Assembly (NCBI GenBank): GCA_964604825.1
Contig: CAZSAL010000007.1
Span: forward strand, 128-64,127
Length of the DNA stretch: 64,000 bases
DNA from: an uncultured Elusimicrobia bacterium
GTDB lineage: Bacteria > Elusimicrobiota > Elusimicrobia > 2-01-FULL-59-12
Reading direction: 5' to 3'
Shown: positions 37,093 through 47,572 of the stretch, in pieces
How positions within the stretch are numbered: the stretch's first letter is position 1
Layout: the number at the start of each line of letters is the position of its first letter
The notes under the pieces: model-generated
Told to the model about the DNA's origin: nothing
Databases searched by the model: none
The model's input: only the letters and a program-made list of their open reading frames with translations
Position numbers and translations under genes: made by a program

Positions 37093-38495
37093 GCCGTTTT
37101 CTCTCTTTCTGAGGCTGGAGCGGCTTCCAGAGCCTCGGACACGCAGTTAACACCCACGTATTCCAATGAAAGATCGCGCAATTCATCCTGAGACTCTTTC
37201 AAGCTGCGGCGCGGAACGACCGCCCGTTTGAATCCCAATTGCGCCGCTTCCGCGAGCCGCAGCGGAAGCGCGCCGACCGAACGGATTTCTCCCCCCAGGC
37301 CGACTTCACCAATATAAATCGTCTGCTGATCCAGCGACTGGTTCCGGTGAGCGCTGGCCATAGCAAGCGCAACACCAAGATCCGCGGCGGGTTCTTTAAC
37401 CTTCAGACCTCCCACCACGTTCACAAAAATATCTTCAGTTTCCAGATGCATGCCCAGACGTTTTTCCAGAACCGCGATGAGAAGCAGCACGCGATTATAA
37501 TCAAATCCCGTAACCATGCGTTTTGGAAAGCCGAAATGCGTCCGCGTAACAAGCGCCTGGACTTCAAGCATCAGCGGGCGGGTTCCCTCAAGCGCGCCGA
37601 CGACGACCGCTCCGGGAGCCTGCGTGCGCTCATTGAGGAAAATTTCCGACGTGCTTTTTACGCCCGCAAGGCCCTGAGAAGTCATGCGGAAGACACCGAC
37701 TTCATGAGTCGGGCCGAAACGATTCTTATGAGACCTGAGGATTCGGAACATCTGTTCGCGCTCGGCTTCGAAATAAAGGACCGTATCTACGATATGCTCC
37801 AGAACACGGGGGCCGGCGAGATCTCCTTCTTTCGTTACATGCCCCAGAAGAAATACCGTTATGCCTTTCGACTTGGCTATGCGCAGGATCTCTGCCGCGC
37901 ATTCCCTGACCTGGCCGACAGAACCCGGGGCGCTGGCCAGATCTTCTCGGTATGTAGTCTGTATAGAATCGATGATGCAGAACGAAGGGGATGTTTTATT
38001 GATCGCATCAGCCATCCGCGACAGCTCAGTTTCCGAGACAAGGAACAACTGCTGCGAAACAAGCCCCAGCCTGTGAGCGCGGTCTTTAACCTGCTGAAGT
38101 GATTCTTCTCCGGAAATATAAAGGCCTTTCGCGCCGCTGCGGCACAGGGCATCTGCAACCTGAAGCATCAGCGTCGATTTGCCGATCCCGGGAGCTCCGC
38201 CCAGAAGCACCATGGAACCAGGCACCACGCCCCCTCCCACGACGCGATCGAATTCCCTTATGCCTGCGGGTATCCTTTTGACATGATCGATGACGATATC
38301 CGTAAGGGCGACAACATCGGACGAGAAATCTGTAAGCGGCCTGGCTTTTGGATGCCGGCCTGGTTCCTGCGTCTCCTGCTCTTCCACAAATGAATTCCAC
38401 GTCTCGCATTCGGGGCAGCGCCCCAGCCAGCGTACGCTGGAATAGCCGCACTGCTGGCAGCGGAATAATGTTTTGGTCTTCATGTCAGCGGGCAA
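37089..38495 (-). CDS. radA: DNA repair protein RadA/Sms
   Basis: 468 aa. Zinc finger CQQCGYSSVRWLGRCPEC, Walker A GGAPGIGKST, KNRFG, Lon-like C-terminal domain. Confidence 0.95.
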   Translation of the reverse strand: MPADMKTKTLFRCQQCGYSSVRWLGRCPECETWNSFVEEQETQEPGRHPKARPLTDFSSDVVALTDIVIDHVKRIPAGIREFDRVVGGGVVPGSMVLLGGAPGIGKSTLMLQVADALCRSGAKGLYISGEESLQQVKDRAHRLGLVSQQLFLVSETELSRMADAINKTSPSFCIIDSIQTTYREDLASAPGSVGQVRECAAEILRIAKSKGITVFLLGHVTKEGDLAGPRVLEHIVDTVLYFEAEREQMFRILRSHKNRFGPTHEVGVFRMTSQGLAGVKSTSEIFLNERTQAPGAVVVGALEGTRPLMLEVQALVTRTHFGFPKRMVTGFDYNRVLLLIAVLEKRLGMHLETEDIFVNVVGGLKVKEPAADLGVALAMASAHRNQSLDQQTIYIGEVGLGGEIRSVGALPLRLAEAAQLGFKRAVVPRRSLKESQDELRDLSLEYVGVNCVSEALEAAPASEREKTA

Positions 38496-39885
38496 AAGTA
38501 ACGAACCCTATCAGATAAGCGATGTCGCGGTCTTCAAATGATAAATTCAATGTTCCGGTGTAGTCGGTTGTTTCTGCGACGTCTTCGGCCTGCACCCCCG
38601 CGGTAACGTACTGATTTATCCTGACACGGGCGCCCGCAGTGTAGTTCGGCAGATTAAACTGCTTGCCTTTGATTACGTCGTTTCTGCCGAAATCAAATCC
38701 CTGGCCTACAAGTTCCAGACGGTTCAATACCGGAACGTCCCTGTCCTGGAACGGTCGATAACGCACTTCCACACCGCCACGGGACTGGATAAATCCGACA
38801 GCGCCGGTGAATGGCCCCCAATGTTCGCCCAGCAAAGCCATGACTGTATTCTGTCGTTCATAATCAAGCGGTTTATCCTGGAAGGATGTCTTCGTCCCAA
38901 GATTCTGGCCTTCAATCAAATAAAATTTCTCAGGCCGCGGATCCAGTTCTATCCCAACATCTCCCCGGCTGACCTGCGCCTTGAAATCGTAGCGGCCGCC
39001 AACTTGCCAGAATGCCCGGACTTTAGTAAAGCGTGCCATCACTTGCTTGGCAGATTCTGATGTCGCCTTCAAATTTTCCAGAGTCTGTTTCATATCCTCA
39101 CCGGCCTGCCGGTTGGAAACCAGAGCCCCAATAGCGCCCTGTCCCTGTTGAACACCCGCGATGATTGTATTCATTCGTTCCAGCGTATCACGCAAGGTAT
39201 GTACGACTACCTCAATATCATTTTTGCTGTTTGAAAGGATTTCATCCAGGTGGGCGCTGGCCGATTTTGCATATGAGGAAAATCCCTCCATATTCTTAAC
39301 AATATTAACAAGTGACTTCCGCTGCTGACCAAGGGCGGAATTCAGCGAATCCGTTATGGAGCGCAGATTGGCCATGGTAGCGTTAAGATTGTCGCCCAGT
39401 TTGCCCCCATGGGTGATAGATTCAAGCGAATTCGCGGCCTGTTCAAGCAGGTCGTCCAGAGACAACGCCTCCACCCCGTTAATCGTATCGCCGCTGTTGA
39501 GCAACTGGGATTCCGGCGCGATTCCCGGCACTGGAGACCCCGGCATCAGCGCTATGTATTTAGTGCCGATGATTCCCGTGCTGCGAATACGTGCGCTCGC
39601 GTTTCTGTACAAAGGAATATTTCTAGCGACACGGAAAAGAATTACGCCCTTTTCACCCTTAAGCTTGACCTCGCTGACCTCGCCAACCTGCACGCCGGAG
39701 ATTTTTACCGGCGAATTCTCAGTGATTCCCTCAACGTTATTGAAACGGATGTAATACTTTTCCTGCGGCTTAAAATGGATTTCCCCCAGCATAAGAATGC
39801 TGACAATCAGCACAATCAATCCGGCCAGAACCAAAATACCGACTTTGCTTTCCGGAGAAAGACGGGATTCTTGTTCTTCCGCCAT
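38485..39885 (-). CDS. MlaD/MCE-family protein with a long helical and beta-rich C-terminal extension
   Basis: 466 aa. N-terminal TM, then an MCE domain (FNNVEGITENSPVKISGVQVGEV). About 150 aa are helical. About 170 aa are rich in alternating aromatic/polar residues and end ...IAYLIGFVTFAR. Confidence 0.7.
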   Translation of the reverse strand: MAEEQESRLSPESKVGILVLAGLIVLIVSILMLGEIHFKPQEKYYIRFNNVEGITENSPVKISGVQVGEVSEVKLKGEKGVILFRVARNIPLYRNASARIRSTGIIGTKYIALMPGSPVPGIAPESQLLNSGDTINGVEALSLDDLLEQAANSLESITHGGKLGDNLNATMANLRSITDSLNSALGQQRKSLVNIVKNMEGFSSYAKSASAHLDEILSNSKNDIEVVVHTLRDTLERMNTIIAGVQQGQGAIGALVSNRQAGEDMKQTLENLKATSESAKQVMARFTKVRAFWQVGGRYDFKAQVSRGDVGIELDPRPEKFYLIEGQNLGTKTSFQDKPLDYERQNTVMALLGEHWGPFTGAVGFIQSRGGVEVRYRPFQDRDVPVLNRLELVGQGFDFGRNDVIKGKQFNLPNYTAGARVRINQYVTAGVQAEDVAETTDYTGTLNLSFEDRDIAYLIGFVTFAR

Positions 39886-40643
39886 TAAAACTCCCTCACT
39901 TTCATCTGGATAGGTCCCCGCGCAGATCCGGTGACAAACTGATGCACAATCGGATCCCGGGAATGTTCAATATTATCCGGGACATCCGTTTCGATGATTT
40001 TACCTTCATACAGCATGGCGATTCTGTCGGATACCTTATAGGCGGATTTCATATCATGAGTAACCACGATAGACGTAATACCGACCTTCTCCTGCAGTCT
40101 TAAAATCAGATCGTTTATGACATCCGCCATTATCGGGTCAAGTCCGGTTGTGGGCTCGTCATACAATATATATTCCGGGTTCATTGCGATAGCCCGGGCT
40201 ATGGCCACGCGTTTTCTCATCCCGCCGGACAATTCCGCCGGCTTCAGCGCCTCAATTCCCGACAAACCGACAAGCTCCAGCTTCTCCCGGACGACGCCGG
40301 CAATTTCCTGCGGCGGATATTTTTTCAATTGGCGAAGGCCAAAAGCGACGTTTTCCCCAACGGTAAGAGAATCAAAAAGCGCGCCCCCCTGAAACACGTA
40401 GGCAAATTTGTTCTGAATCTTAAAAAGTTCCGCCTCTTCCATGCGTGATATTTCTTGATCGTCAATGAAAATTTGTCCACGATTCGGACGGAGAAGTCCC
40501 ACCATCAGCTTCAATGTAACGCTTTTCCCTGTTCCCGATCCGCCAATGATTGTTAATGTTTCTCTATCACGAATTTCCAGATTGCACCCGGTCAAAACCC
40601 GGTGCGCTTTGAACCATTTATGTACATCAACCAGGCGAATCAA
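39885..40643 (-). CDS. mlaF: Mla-type ABC transporter ATP-binding protein
   Basis: 252 aa. GGSGTGKSV, LSGGMRKRVAIARA, ILYDEPTTGLD. Confidence 0.85.
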   Translation of the reverse strand: MIRLVDVHKWFKAHRVLTGCNLEIRDRETLTIIGGSGTGKSVTLKLMVGLLRPNRGQIFIDDQEISRMEEAELFKIQNKFAYVFQGGALFDSLTVGENVAFGLRQLKKYPPQEIAGVVREKLELVGLSGIEALKPAELSGGMRKRVAIARAIAMNPEYILYDEPTTGLDPIMADVINDLILRLQEKVGITSIVVTHDMKSAYKVSDRIAMLYEGKIIETDVPDNIEHSRDPIVHQFVTGSARGPIQMKVREF

Positions 40644-40655
40644 TTCCCACTCTCT

Positions 40656-41471
40656 TCAGCTGATGCCAATAGCTACAAGCACAGCAGACAGGAAATAATC
40701 TGTCACCAGAATCAGGACCATTGAAACCACGACAGCGCTGGTCGTCGCTTTCCCAACTCCTTCGGCGCCGCCTTCGCAGGTAAATCCCTTATAACAGGAA
40801 ATTACGGCGATAATGGCTGCGAAAAAAACCGATTTGACCAGGCCATGGCTCATTTCTCTCCAGCCGAGACGCTCGATTTCCGTAATATAAGTGGCGCGCG
40901 GTACCCCCAGACGGTAAACAGCCACCATCAATCCGCCGACAACCCCGACACAATCAGCTATCAGTGAAAGAATCGGCACGCTGATTACGCAGGCAATAAA
41001 GCGGGGCACGGCAAGATACCTTATTGGATTAGTCCCAAGCGTGTACAACGCATCAATCTGCTCGGTGACTTTCATAGTTCCAAGTTCGGCGGCGATGGCC
41101 GCGCCAACCCTGCCTGATACGACAATTGCCGTCAATACCGGTCCCAATTCTTTAGTAAGAGACATGCCCACTACAGTCCCAACATACAACGGCTCATTAA
41201 ACACCTTTTTGAAGGAATAACCCGTCTGCAGAGCCAGAACCATGCCAGTGAACAGGCTCGTCAACATTGTTACCGGCATAGATTCAGTACCGATGGCAAC
41301 GACTTGTTGTATGACATTCTGTCGTTCCGCAGACTTCAGCCAGAAAAATGTCTGCCGGACAAGGATTACCAGCTGTCCAAGGACATCAGTAAAACGAACC
41401 AGCGGTCCGCCAAGCAGGCGCAGCACCTTTTTTTCCCAGGGCTTCTGCGGACTTAATTCAGGAGCAATCAT
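40656..41471 (-). CDS. mlaE: Mla-type ABC transporter permease
   Basis: MlaE-like polytopic protein. The ATG at 41469-41471 forms an ATGA overlap with the alr stop, so I prefer it to the track start at 41507. Confidence 0.8.
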   Translation of the reverse strand: MIAPELSPQKPWEKKVLRLLGGPLVRFTDVLGQLVILVRQTFFWLKSAERQNVIQQVVAIGTESMPVTMLTSLFTGMVLALQTGYSFKKVFNEPLYVGTVVGMSLTKELGPVLTAIVVSGRVGAAIAAELGTMKVTEQIDALYTLGTNPIRYLAVPRFIACVISVPILSLIADCVGVVGGLMVAVYRLGVPRATYITEIERLGWREMSHGLVKSVFFAAIIAVISCYKGFTCEGGAEGVGKATTSAVVVSMVLILVTDYFLSAVLVAIGIS

Positions 41472-42619
41472 AAGTAAATCCTGTACACGCGCGGCGCGAT
41501 TCCACAAAGAATCTCATACGGGATCGTACCGGTCCATTCCGCCACCTCGTTTGCCGAAATCTCTCCGCTCTCCTGTGTGCCGATCAGGGTGACATCGTCT
41601 CCGACGTGACAGTCCTTCACGTCCGTCACATCCACCATAGTCATATCCATCGTAACCCGGCCTATTACCGGCACCCGGCGTCCATGGATCAGGACCCATC
41701 CTTTATTTGAAAGACTGCGCGGAAAACCGTCCGCATAACCCACCGCAAGCGTGGCAACACGGGTGGGCCGTTTCGCCGTCCACGTGCAGTTATAGCTGAT
41801 CGATGCACCTTCTGGGACACTTTTTATAAAAATTATGCGTGTTTTCCAACACAAAACTGCGCGAAAAGACGAAGAACCGCTTATGGAAGGTGCGATGGCC
41901 CCATAAAGGGAAATGCCCGGGCGGGCCATCGTTCCCAAGGCTTCGGGGAAACGAAGTATCGCGGCAGAATTTGCCATGTGAACAAGCGGAATACTTAAGC
42001 CCATGGATTGTGCCGCCTGTAAAACGGTTTTGAATCTGCTGATTTGGGAAAAAGTATATTCAGACGGACCGTCCGAATCGGAAAAATGCGTGTAAAGACC
42101 TTCAATTATCAGACCGGGGAGGGTTCTGATCTTCTCTAAGAACGCCGCCGCTCCGGCAGTTGACACTCCTATGCGCCCAAAACCTGAATCGAACTTTAAA
42201 TGAACGGCTATGTTTTTATTAAGCCTGATCGCCAGATCGCTCAGCGCTTTTGCTCCTTCGATGCTGGCAATCGTCGGTGTGAGCCGGTATTCAAAAAGAA
42301 GAGGAAAACTGTCGAAAGGATAAAGCGATCCCAGAACCAGAATGGGGAGGTTGATTGAAGCTCTGCGTAAGGCCATACCTTCTTCAATGCTGGTAACCCC
42401 GAGGTACTGGGCTCCTTCTTCGGCCATGATACGCGATATCTCAATTATCCCGTGGCCGTAGGCGTTGGCCTTTACGACGGCCAGTATCTTTGAAGATGGG
42501 CCGGTGATATTGCGGATAGTCTGGAAGTTGCGGCGCAGCGCAGCGGTATCAATCTCTACCCAGCAGGGGCGATGAAATGCCGTGGACAGCCGTTTGTCAG
42601 GCGACTGGTTCTGAGACAT
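41468..42619 (-). CDS. alr: Alanine racemase
   Basis: I prefer the start at MSQNQSPDK... (ATG at 42617-42619). The upstream 77 codons of the track ORF overlap dnaB. PLP lysine motif AVVKANAYGHG; C-terminal YEILCGI. Confidence 0.85.
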   Translation of the reverse strand: MSQNQSPDKRLSTAFHRPCWVEIDTAALRRNFQTIRNITGPSSKILAVVKANAYGHGIIEISRIMAEEGAQYLGVTSIEEGMALRRASINLPILVLGSLYPFDSFPLLFEYRLTPTIASIEGAKALSDLAIRLNKNIAVHLKFDSGFGRIGVSTAGAAAFLEKIRTLPGLIIEGLYTHFSDSDGPSEYTFSQISRFKTVLQAAQSMGLSIPLVHMANSAAILRFPEALGTMARPGISLYGAIAPSISGSSSFRAVLCWKTRIIFIKSVPEGASISYNCTWTAKRPTRVATLAVGYADGFPRSLSNKGWVLIHGRRVPVIGRVTMDMTMVDVTDVKDCHVGDDVTLIGTQESGEISANEVAEWTGTIPYEILCGIAPRVYRIYL

Positions 42620-43973
42620 TGGGGGCAAGATTTTCGAACTTCGTATACTCCTTGATGAAGGCAAGCTCAAACTCGCCCGTCGGTCCGTTACGCTGCTTGG
42701 CGATAATAATTTTCGCTTTGCGGTCTGCGTAAGGATCCATATCCACGGCCTGCTTGTACATCGATTCGCGATAAATAAAAGCCACCAGATCAGCGTCCTG
42801 TTCGATGGCCCCGGATTCCCGCAGGTCTGAAAGCTGGGGCCGTCCTTCACGGCCCTTTTCTTCAGGCCGGCGTGACAACTGCGATATGGCGATAACAGGG
42901 ACTTTCAGATCTCGAGCCAGCCCTTTAAGATTACGGGATATTTCTGAAATTTCCTGCTGGCGGCTTTCCGTCCTTCCCATTCCGCGCATCAACTGCAGGT
43001 AATCAACAACGATCATAGCCAGCGTAGTTCCTTTACCGTTGAGCTCTGCCTGCAGGCGGCGCGCCCGGGCGCGCATTTCCAAGACGGAAAGCGACGATGA
43101 ATCATCAATGTAAATCGGCGCTTCCGCGATTTTCCCCGCGCAGGCGGTAAGCGTATTCCAGTATTTTTTCTCGAGGTATCCGCGGCGGACCTTGTCCGAA
43201 TCAACACGCGCCTGGGAACAGAGCATGCGCATCATCAACTCCTGCCTGGACATTTCCAGAGAGAAAATCGCCACCGGCCTTTTATCGTTAATTGCCACAT
43301 GCTCGGATATGTTGAGCGCGAGGCTGGTTTTCCCCATCGACGGTCTGGCGGCGATAATGATCAGATTTGAAGGCTGAAAACCTGAAGTTTTCGCATCGAT
43401 CTCGGCAAAACCCGTCGGCACGCCGGTGACGTGCGATTTGCGCTGATAAAGCTTTTCGACAGTTTCAATAACGTCATGGATCAGGTCGGAAACGGGCACG
43501 AACCCCTTTTCGACTTTCGACTGTGCTATGGCAAAAATGGAATGCTCCGCCTGGTCGAGGAGAGTGGCGACTTCGTCACGCTGCTCGTAGGCCGCAGTCA
43601 CAATCCTTGTAGCGGCCTGGATCAGCCAGCGCAGCGTGGCCTTTTCCTTGACGATGCGCGCATAATGTTCGATGCTTGCCGCGGTAGGAAGCATCTGCGT
43701 CAGGTTTGTCAGGTAGGAGGCGCCGCCAACATCGGTGAGAAGACGCTGATTCTTCAGCTCTTCGGCTACGGTGACCACGTCAACAGCGGTTCCCTGCGAA
43801 AAAAGCTGGGCGATGGTACGGAAGATCTGCTGGTGTGCCGTTTTGTAGAAACAGTTCTCATCGAGGGCATCAAGCGCCTTGGCCTGAGCTTCCCGTTCGA
43901 TAAGCATGGCGCCAAGAACCGCCATCTCCGCTTCGATGGCCTGGGGCGGCGTTTTTTCTATGAGCTCGACCAT
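42597..43973 (-). CDS. dnaB: Replicative DNA helicase
   Basis: 458 aa. PQAIEAEMAVLGAML, Walker A AARPSMGKTSLALN, QLSR, IIAKQRNGPTG. Confidence 0.95.
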   Translation of the reverse strand: MVELIEKTPPQAIEAEMAVLGAMLIEREAQAKALDALDENCFYKTAHQQIFRTIAQLFSQGTAVDVVTVAEELKNQRLLTDVGGASYLTNLTQMLPTAASIEHYARIVKEKATLRWLIQAATRIVTAAYEQRDEVATLLDQAEHSIFAIAQSKVEKGFVPVSDLIHDVIETVEKLYQRKSHVTGVPTGFAEIDAKTSGFQPSNLIIIAARPSMGKTSLALNISEHVAINDKRPVAIFSLEMSRQELMMRMLCSQARVDSDKVRRGYLEKKYWNTLTACAGKIAEAPIYIDDSSSLSVLEMRARARRLQAELNGKGTTLAMIVVDYLQLMRGMGRTESRQQEISEISRNLKGLARDLKVPVIAISQLSRRPEEKGREGRPQLSDLRESGAIEQDADLVAFIYRESMYKQAVDMDPYADRKAKIIIAKQRNGPTGEFELAFIKEYTKFENLAPNVSEPVA

Positions 43974-44000
43974 GTGGACAGCCTCCCTCCGAACGACGAC

Positions 44001-44471
44001 TCAGGCTTCCGGCGCAGCTTCTGGTTTTACGGTGATGGAGATCTGTGTCTGGATACCGGAACCCAGGCGAACGGGGACCGTCGCTGTTCCAACCTGTTTT
44101 ATCGGTTCCGGGAGATCAATGGCATGCTTGTCAACGGTAATGCCCTGCCCGGCCAGCGCATCGACAATCTCCTGGCGGCTTACGGAACCAAACAATCGTC
44201 CCTCGGTTCCAACTTTCGCCGTAATGACGACCTGCGCAGCGGCAATTTTATCCGCAAGGGATTTAGCCTCCGCGCGCAGATGTTCGGCTTTTGCAAGCCA
44301 GCCTTGCCGCTCAGTTTCCCACTGGCGCATATTGGTGTCAGTAGCCAGGAGAGCGAGTTGGCGGGGAAACAAATAATTGCGCGCATAACCCTGGGACACA
44401 CTTTTAACTTCGCCGGCCTGGGCAATGCCGCGTACGTCCACGCGGAAGATAACTTTTACGTTGTTTGACAT
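44001..44471 (-). CDS. rplI: 50S ribosomal protein L9
   Basis: 156 aa. KVIFRVDVRGIAQAGEVKSVSQGYARNYLFPRQLA. Confidence 0.9.
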   Translation of the reverse strand: MSNNVKVIFRVDVRGIAQAGEVKSVSQGYARNYLFPRQLALLATDTNMRQWETERQGWLAKAEHLRAEAKSLADKIAAAQVVITAKVGTEGRLFGSVSRQEIVDALAGQGITVDKHAIDLPEPIKQVGTATVPVRLGSGIQTQISITVKPEAAPEA

Positions 44472-44473
44472 GT

Positions 44474-44770
44474 CTACACCACGCTGTAAGGCAAGAGGGC
44501 AAGATTGCGCGCCCGTTTGATCGCCCGTGTCAGCATCCGGTGATGTTTGGAACAGTTACCGGTTGCATGCGCTGAAATCATCTTCCCGCGCTCGGTGACA
44601 AAATTTCTCAATATCGATGTATTCTTGTAATCAATATCCACAACGCGGTCCGCGCAGAAACGGCAGACCTTTCTTCGCGGCGGTCCCCAGCGTCGGGGAC
44701 GTCCGCCTTCCTGGGATGACCGCGCCCCACTTCGATGAGGTGCGCGGGAAACTGCAGTTTGTTCAGCCAT
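44474..44770 (-). CDS. rpsR: 30S ribosomal protein S18
   Basis: CRFCADRVVDIDYKNTSILRNFVTERGKM...RAIKRARNLALLPY. The ATG at 44768-44770 is preceded by GAAAGGA. The track start at 44794 lies in the GGCGGA-box element. Confidence 0.9.
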   Translation of the reverse strand: MAEQTAVSRAPHRSGARSSQEGGRPRRWGPPRRKVCRFCADRVVDIDYKNTSILRNFVTERGKMISAHATGNCSKHHRMLTRAIKRARNLALLPYSVV

Positions 44771-44783
44771 AATTTTTCCTTTC

Positions 44784-44829
44784 TCCGCCCCCACTTCTTT
44801 GGCGGATCCGCCAACGACTTAATGGCGGA
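44784..44829 (-). promoter_or_regulatory. GGCGGA-box twin-hairpin element filling the ssb-rpsR intercistronic gap
   Basis: Minus-strand RNA: UCCGCCA-uuaagucgu-UGGCGGA UCCGCC-N11-GGCGGA, followed by GAAAGGAAAAAUUAUG. It includes the 16-bp perfect palindrome TTGGCGGATCCGCCAA. Confidence 0.7.
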
Positions 44830-44841
44830 TATATCCACCGG

Positions 44842-45306
44842 CTAAAATGGAATTTCCTCTTCGCTCTTGCCGGCCGCCTCGACGGGTTCCGAAACAACTC
44901 CGCCAGAATCGCCGGTTCCCGCAGTGCCGGCATCCGCTGCCGCGCCGGGATCGCCAACCGCAGTTTTGAATAAAAACTGGAGACGGAAGGCTTCAACTTC
45001 TATGCCGGAGCGTTTCTGGCCGTCCTTCGTTTCCCACGACTTGCTGCGCAGCCGGCCTTCAACATATATTGGACTCCCTTTTTTCAGGCGCTCCCGGCAG
45101 CGTTCCGCCGCTTCCCGCCACACCGTAACCGGCACAAAAGTGGCCTCTTCCCGCCATTCTCCCGTCCCGTCTTTGAACCGGCGGTTGACTGCGATATCGA
45201 TCCTTGCAACAGCCTGTCCTTTAGGAGTGTATCGCACTTCCGGATCGCGAGTGAGACGGCCTACGAGACGCACATCGTTTAACTGCAGTAGCCGTATTTC
45301 ATTCAT
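44842..45306 (-). CDS. ssb: Single-stranded DNA-binding protein
   Basis: 154 aa. OB-fold N-terminus (NDVRLVGRLTRDPEVRYTPKG), Gly/Ala-rich linker, acidic tip EEEIPF. Confidence 0.9.
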   Translation of the reverse strand: MNEIRLLQLNDVRLVGRLTRDPEVRYTPKGQAVARIDIAVNRRFKDGTGEWREEATFVPVTVWREAAERCRERLKKGSPIYVEGRLRSKSWETKDGQKRSGIEVEAFRLQFLFKTAVGDPGAAADAGTAGTGDSGGVVSEPVEAAGKSEEEIPF

Positions 45307-45752
45307 TTTTTCTCCTCATCCCCCGCTGTGGGAGGAACTGCGGCGGGCGCCGGAGCCGGGGAAGCCTTCGGAGCTTCGCTTCTGTGACGCACTGGACGGC
45401 CTGGATGAGCTTCCGCGGCTCCCGCGGGACGCTCCCGTCTGGGCGCGAATTTTTTATTCTTTTTTATTACTTTGGTTGTTAAATTGCGGATAATGGAATC
45501 CGTCACATTGAAGAAATGCTCAATTGCAGACACCACCGTCGGCTCTGCAGTGTAGTTCAAGACCACATAAAAACCCTCGCGAAATCCCTGAACCGGGTAA
45601 GCCATACGTCGGCGTCCCCACCGGTCTTCGCCAGTCATTGAACCCTTATGTTCAGATACTAATTGTTTGATCTTGTCGACAAGCTGATCGACATTCTCAT
45701 TCGGAATTTCCGGCTCGGCAATAAAAACAGTTTCGTAGGTATTAACAGACAC
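45303..45752 (-). CDS. rpsF: 30S ribosomal protein S6
   Basis: 149 aa with a GTG start preceded by GAGGAG. YETVFIAEPEI...DRWGRRRMAYPV. Confidence 0.9.
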   Translation of the reverse strand: MSVNTYETVFIAEPEIPNENVDQLVDKIKQLVSEHKGSMTGEDRWGRRRMAYPVQGFREGFYVVLNYTAEPTVVSAIEHFFNVTDSIIRNLTTKVIKKNKKFAPRRERPAGAAEAHPGRPVRHRSEAPKASPAPAPAAVPPTAGDEEKK

Positions 45753-45776
45753 GGTGTGTCTCCTCTCTGGTCAATG

Positions 45777-45801
45777 TCCCCGCTCATTGCGGAAGCGGGG
45801 A
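45777..45801 (-). promoter_or_regulatory. Hairpin in the rpsF 5' leader (TCCCCGCT-N9-AGCGGGGA)
   Basis: Perfect 8-bp stem about 25 nt upstream of the rpsF start. It resembles the CCCCGC/GCGGGG hairpins at 47498-47522. Confidence 0.5.
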
Positions 45802-45870
45802 AAAGGAGTTTTCCTTTTTGGACAACGATTGATGATACAAAATACGGTCAGGCACCCGCTACCGTTTACC

Positions 45871-46160
45871 CTATTTCGAATCTTTTGTTTTTTCAGTAGG
45901 GATCAGGCGGTATTCTATTTCTCCTTTTCCTACATAACCCAGGTTCTTACGCACCAGATAATCCACATAGGAAGGATCATGCTGGATCAGATTCAGTTCC
46001 CGCATCAGGCGGTCATGCTCCGCATGCAGAGCCAGAAGCGATCGCGCAAGCCTTGCCCGCTCCCGCAGAGCACGAACCGTTCGCCGGAAACCCTGATTGC
46101 CCAGCAGTAAAATGGCGATAAAAACCAGGCAGAAAAAAACAACCCAGCGGCGCCTGATCA

Positions 46161-46161
<1 letters not shown>
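45871..46161 (-). CDS. ftsB: Septum formation initiator (FtsB/DivIC family)
   Basis: 96 aa. One TM (VVFFCLVFIAILLL), a coiled coil, and a C-terminal RKNLGYVGKGEIEYRL. It lies immediately downstream of eno, which is the typical arrangement. Confidence 0.65.
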
Positions 46162-47486
<1,325 letters not shown>

Positions 47487-47494
47487 TCATGGAC

Positions 47495-47571
47495 GTCATC
47501 CCCGCACGTAGTAAGCGGGGATCCAGCCTCCATAAAACTTCTGGATTCCCGATTACGAACTCGGGAATGAC
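47495..47571. repeat. REP-like compound palindrome (two hairpins) filling the PGM-eno intergenic gap
   Basis: GTCATCCCCGC-acgtagtaa-GCGGGGATCCAG-N14-CTGGATTCCCGA-ttacgaac-TCGGGAATGAC. Both ends are inverted copies (GTCAT/ATGAC). Confidence 0.85.
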
Positions 47572-47572
47572 A

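Noticed and set aside
41468-42850. N-terminal extensions in the ORF track: alr from 42850, WG proteins from 60591 and 61480, rpsR from 44794, wza-like from 22546, GNAT from 8802, mlaE from 41507.
   Set aside because: The extensions overlap upstream genes or repeat elements and lack family similarity. Downstream in-frame ATGs have SD sequences, signal peptides or ATGA coupling, so I used the shorter starts.
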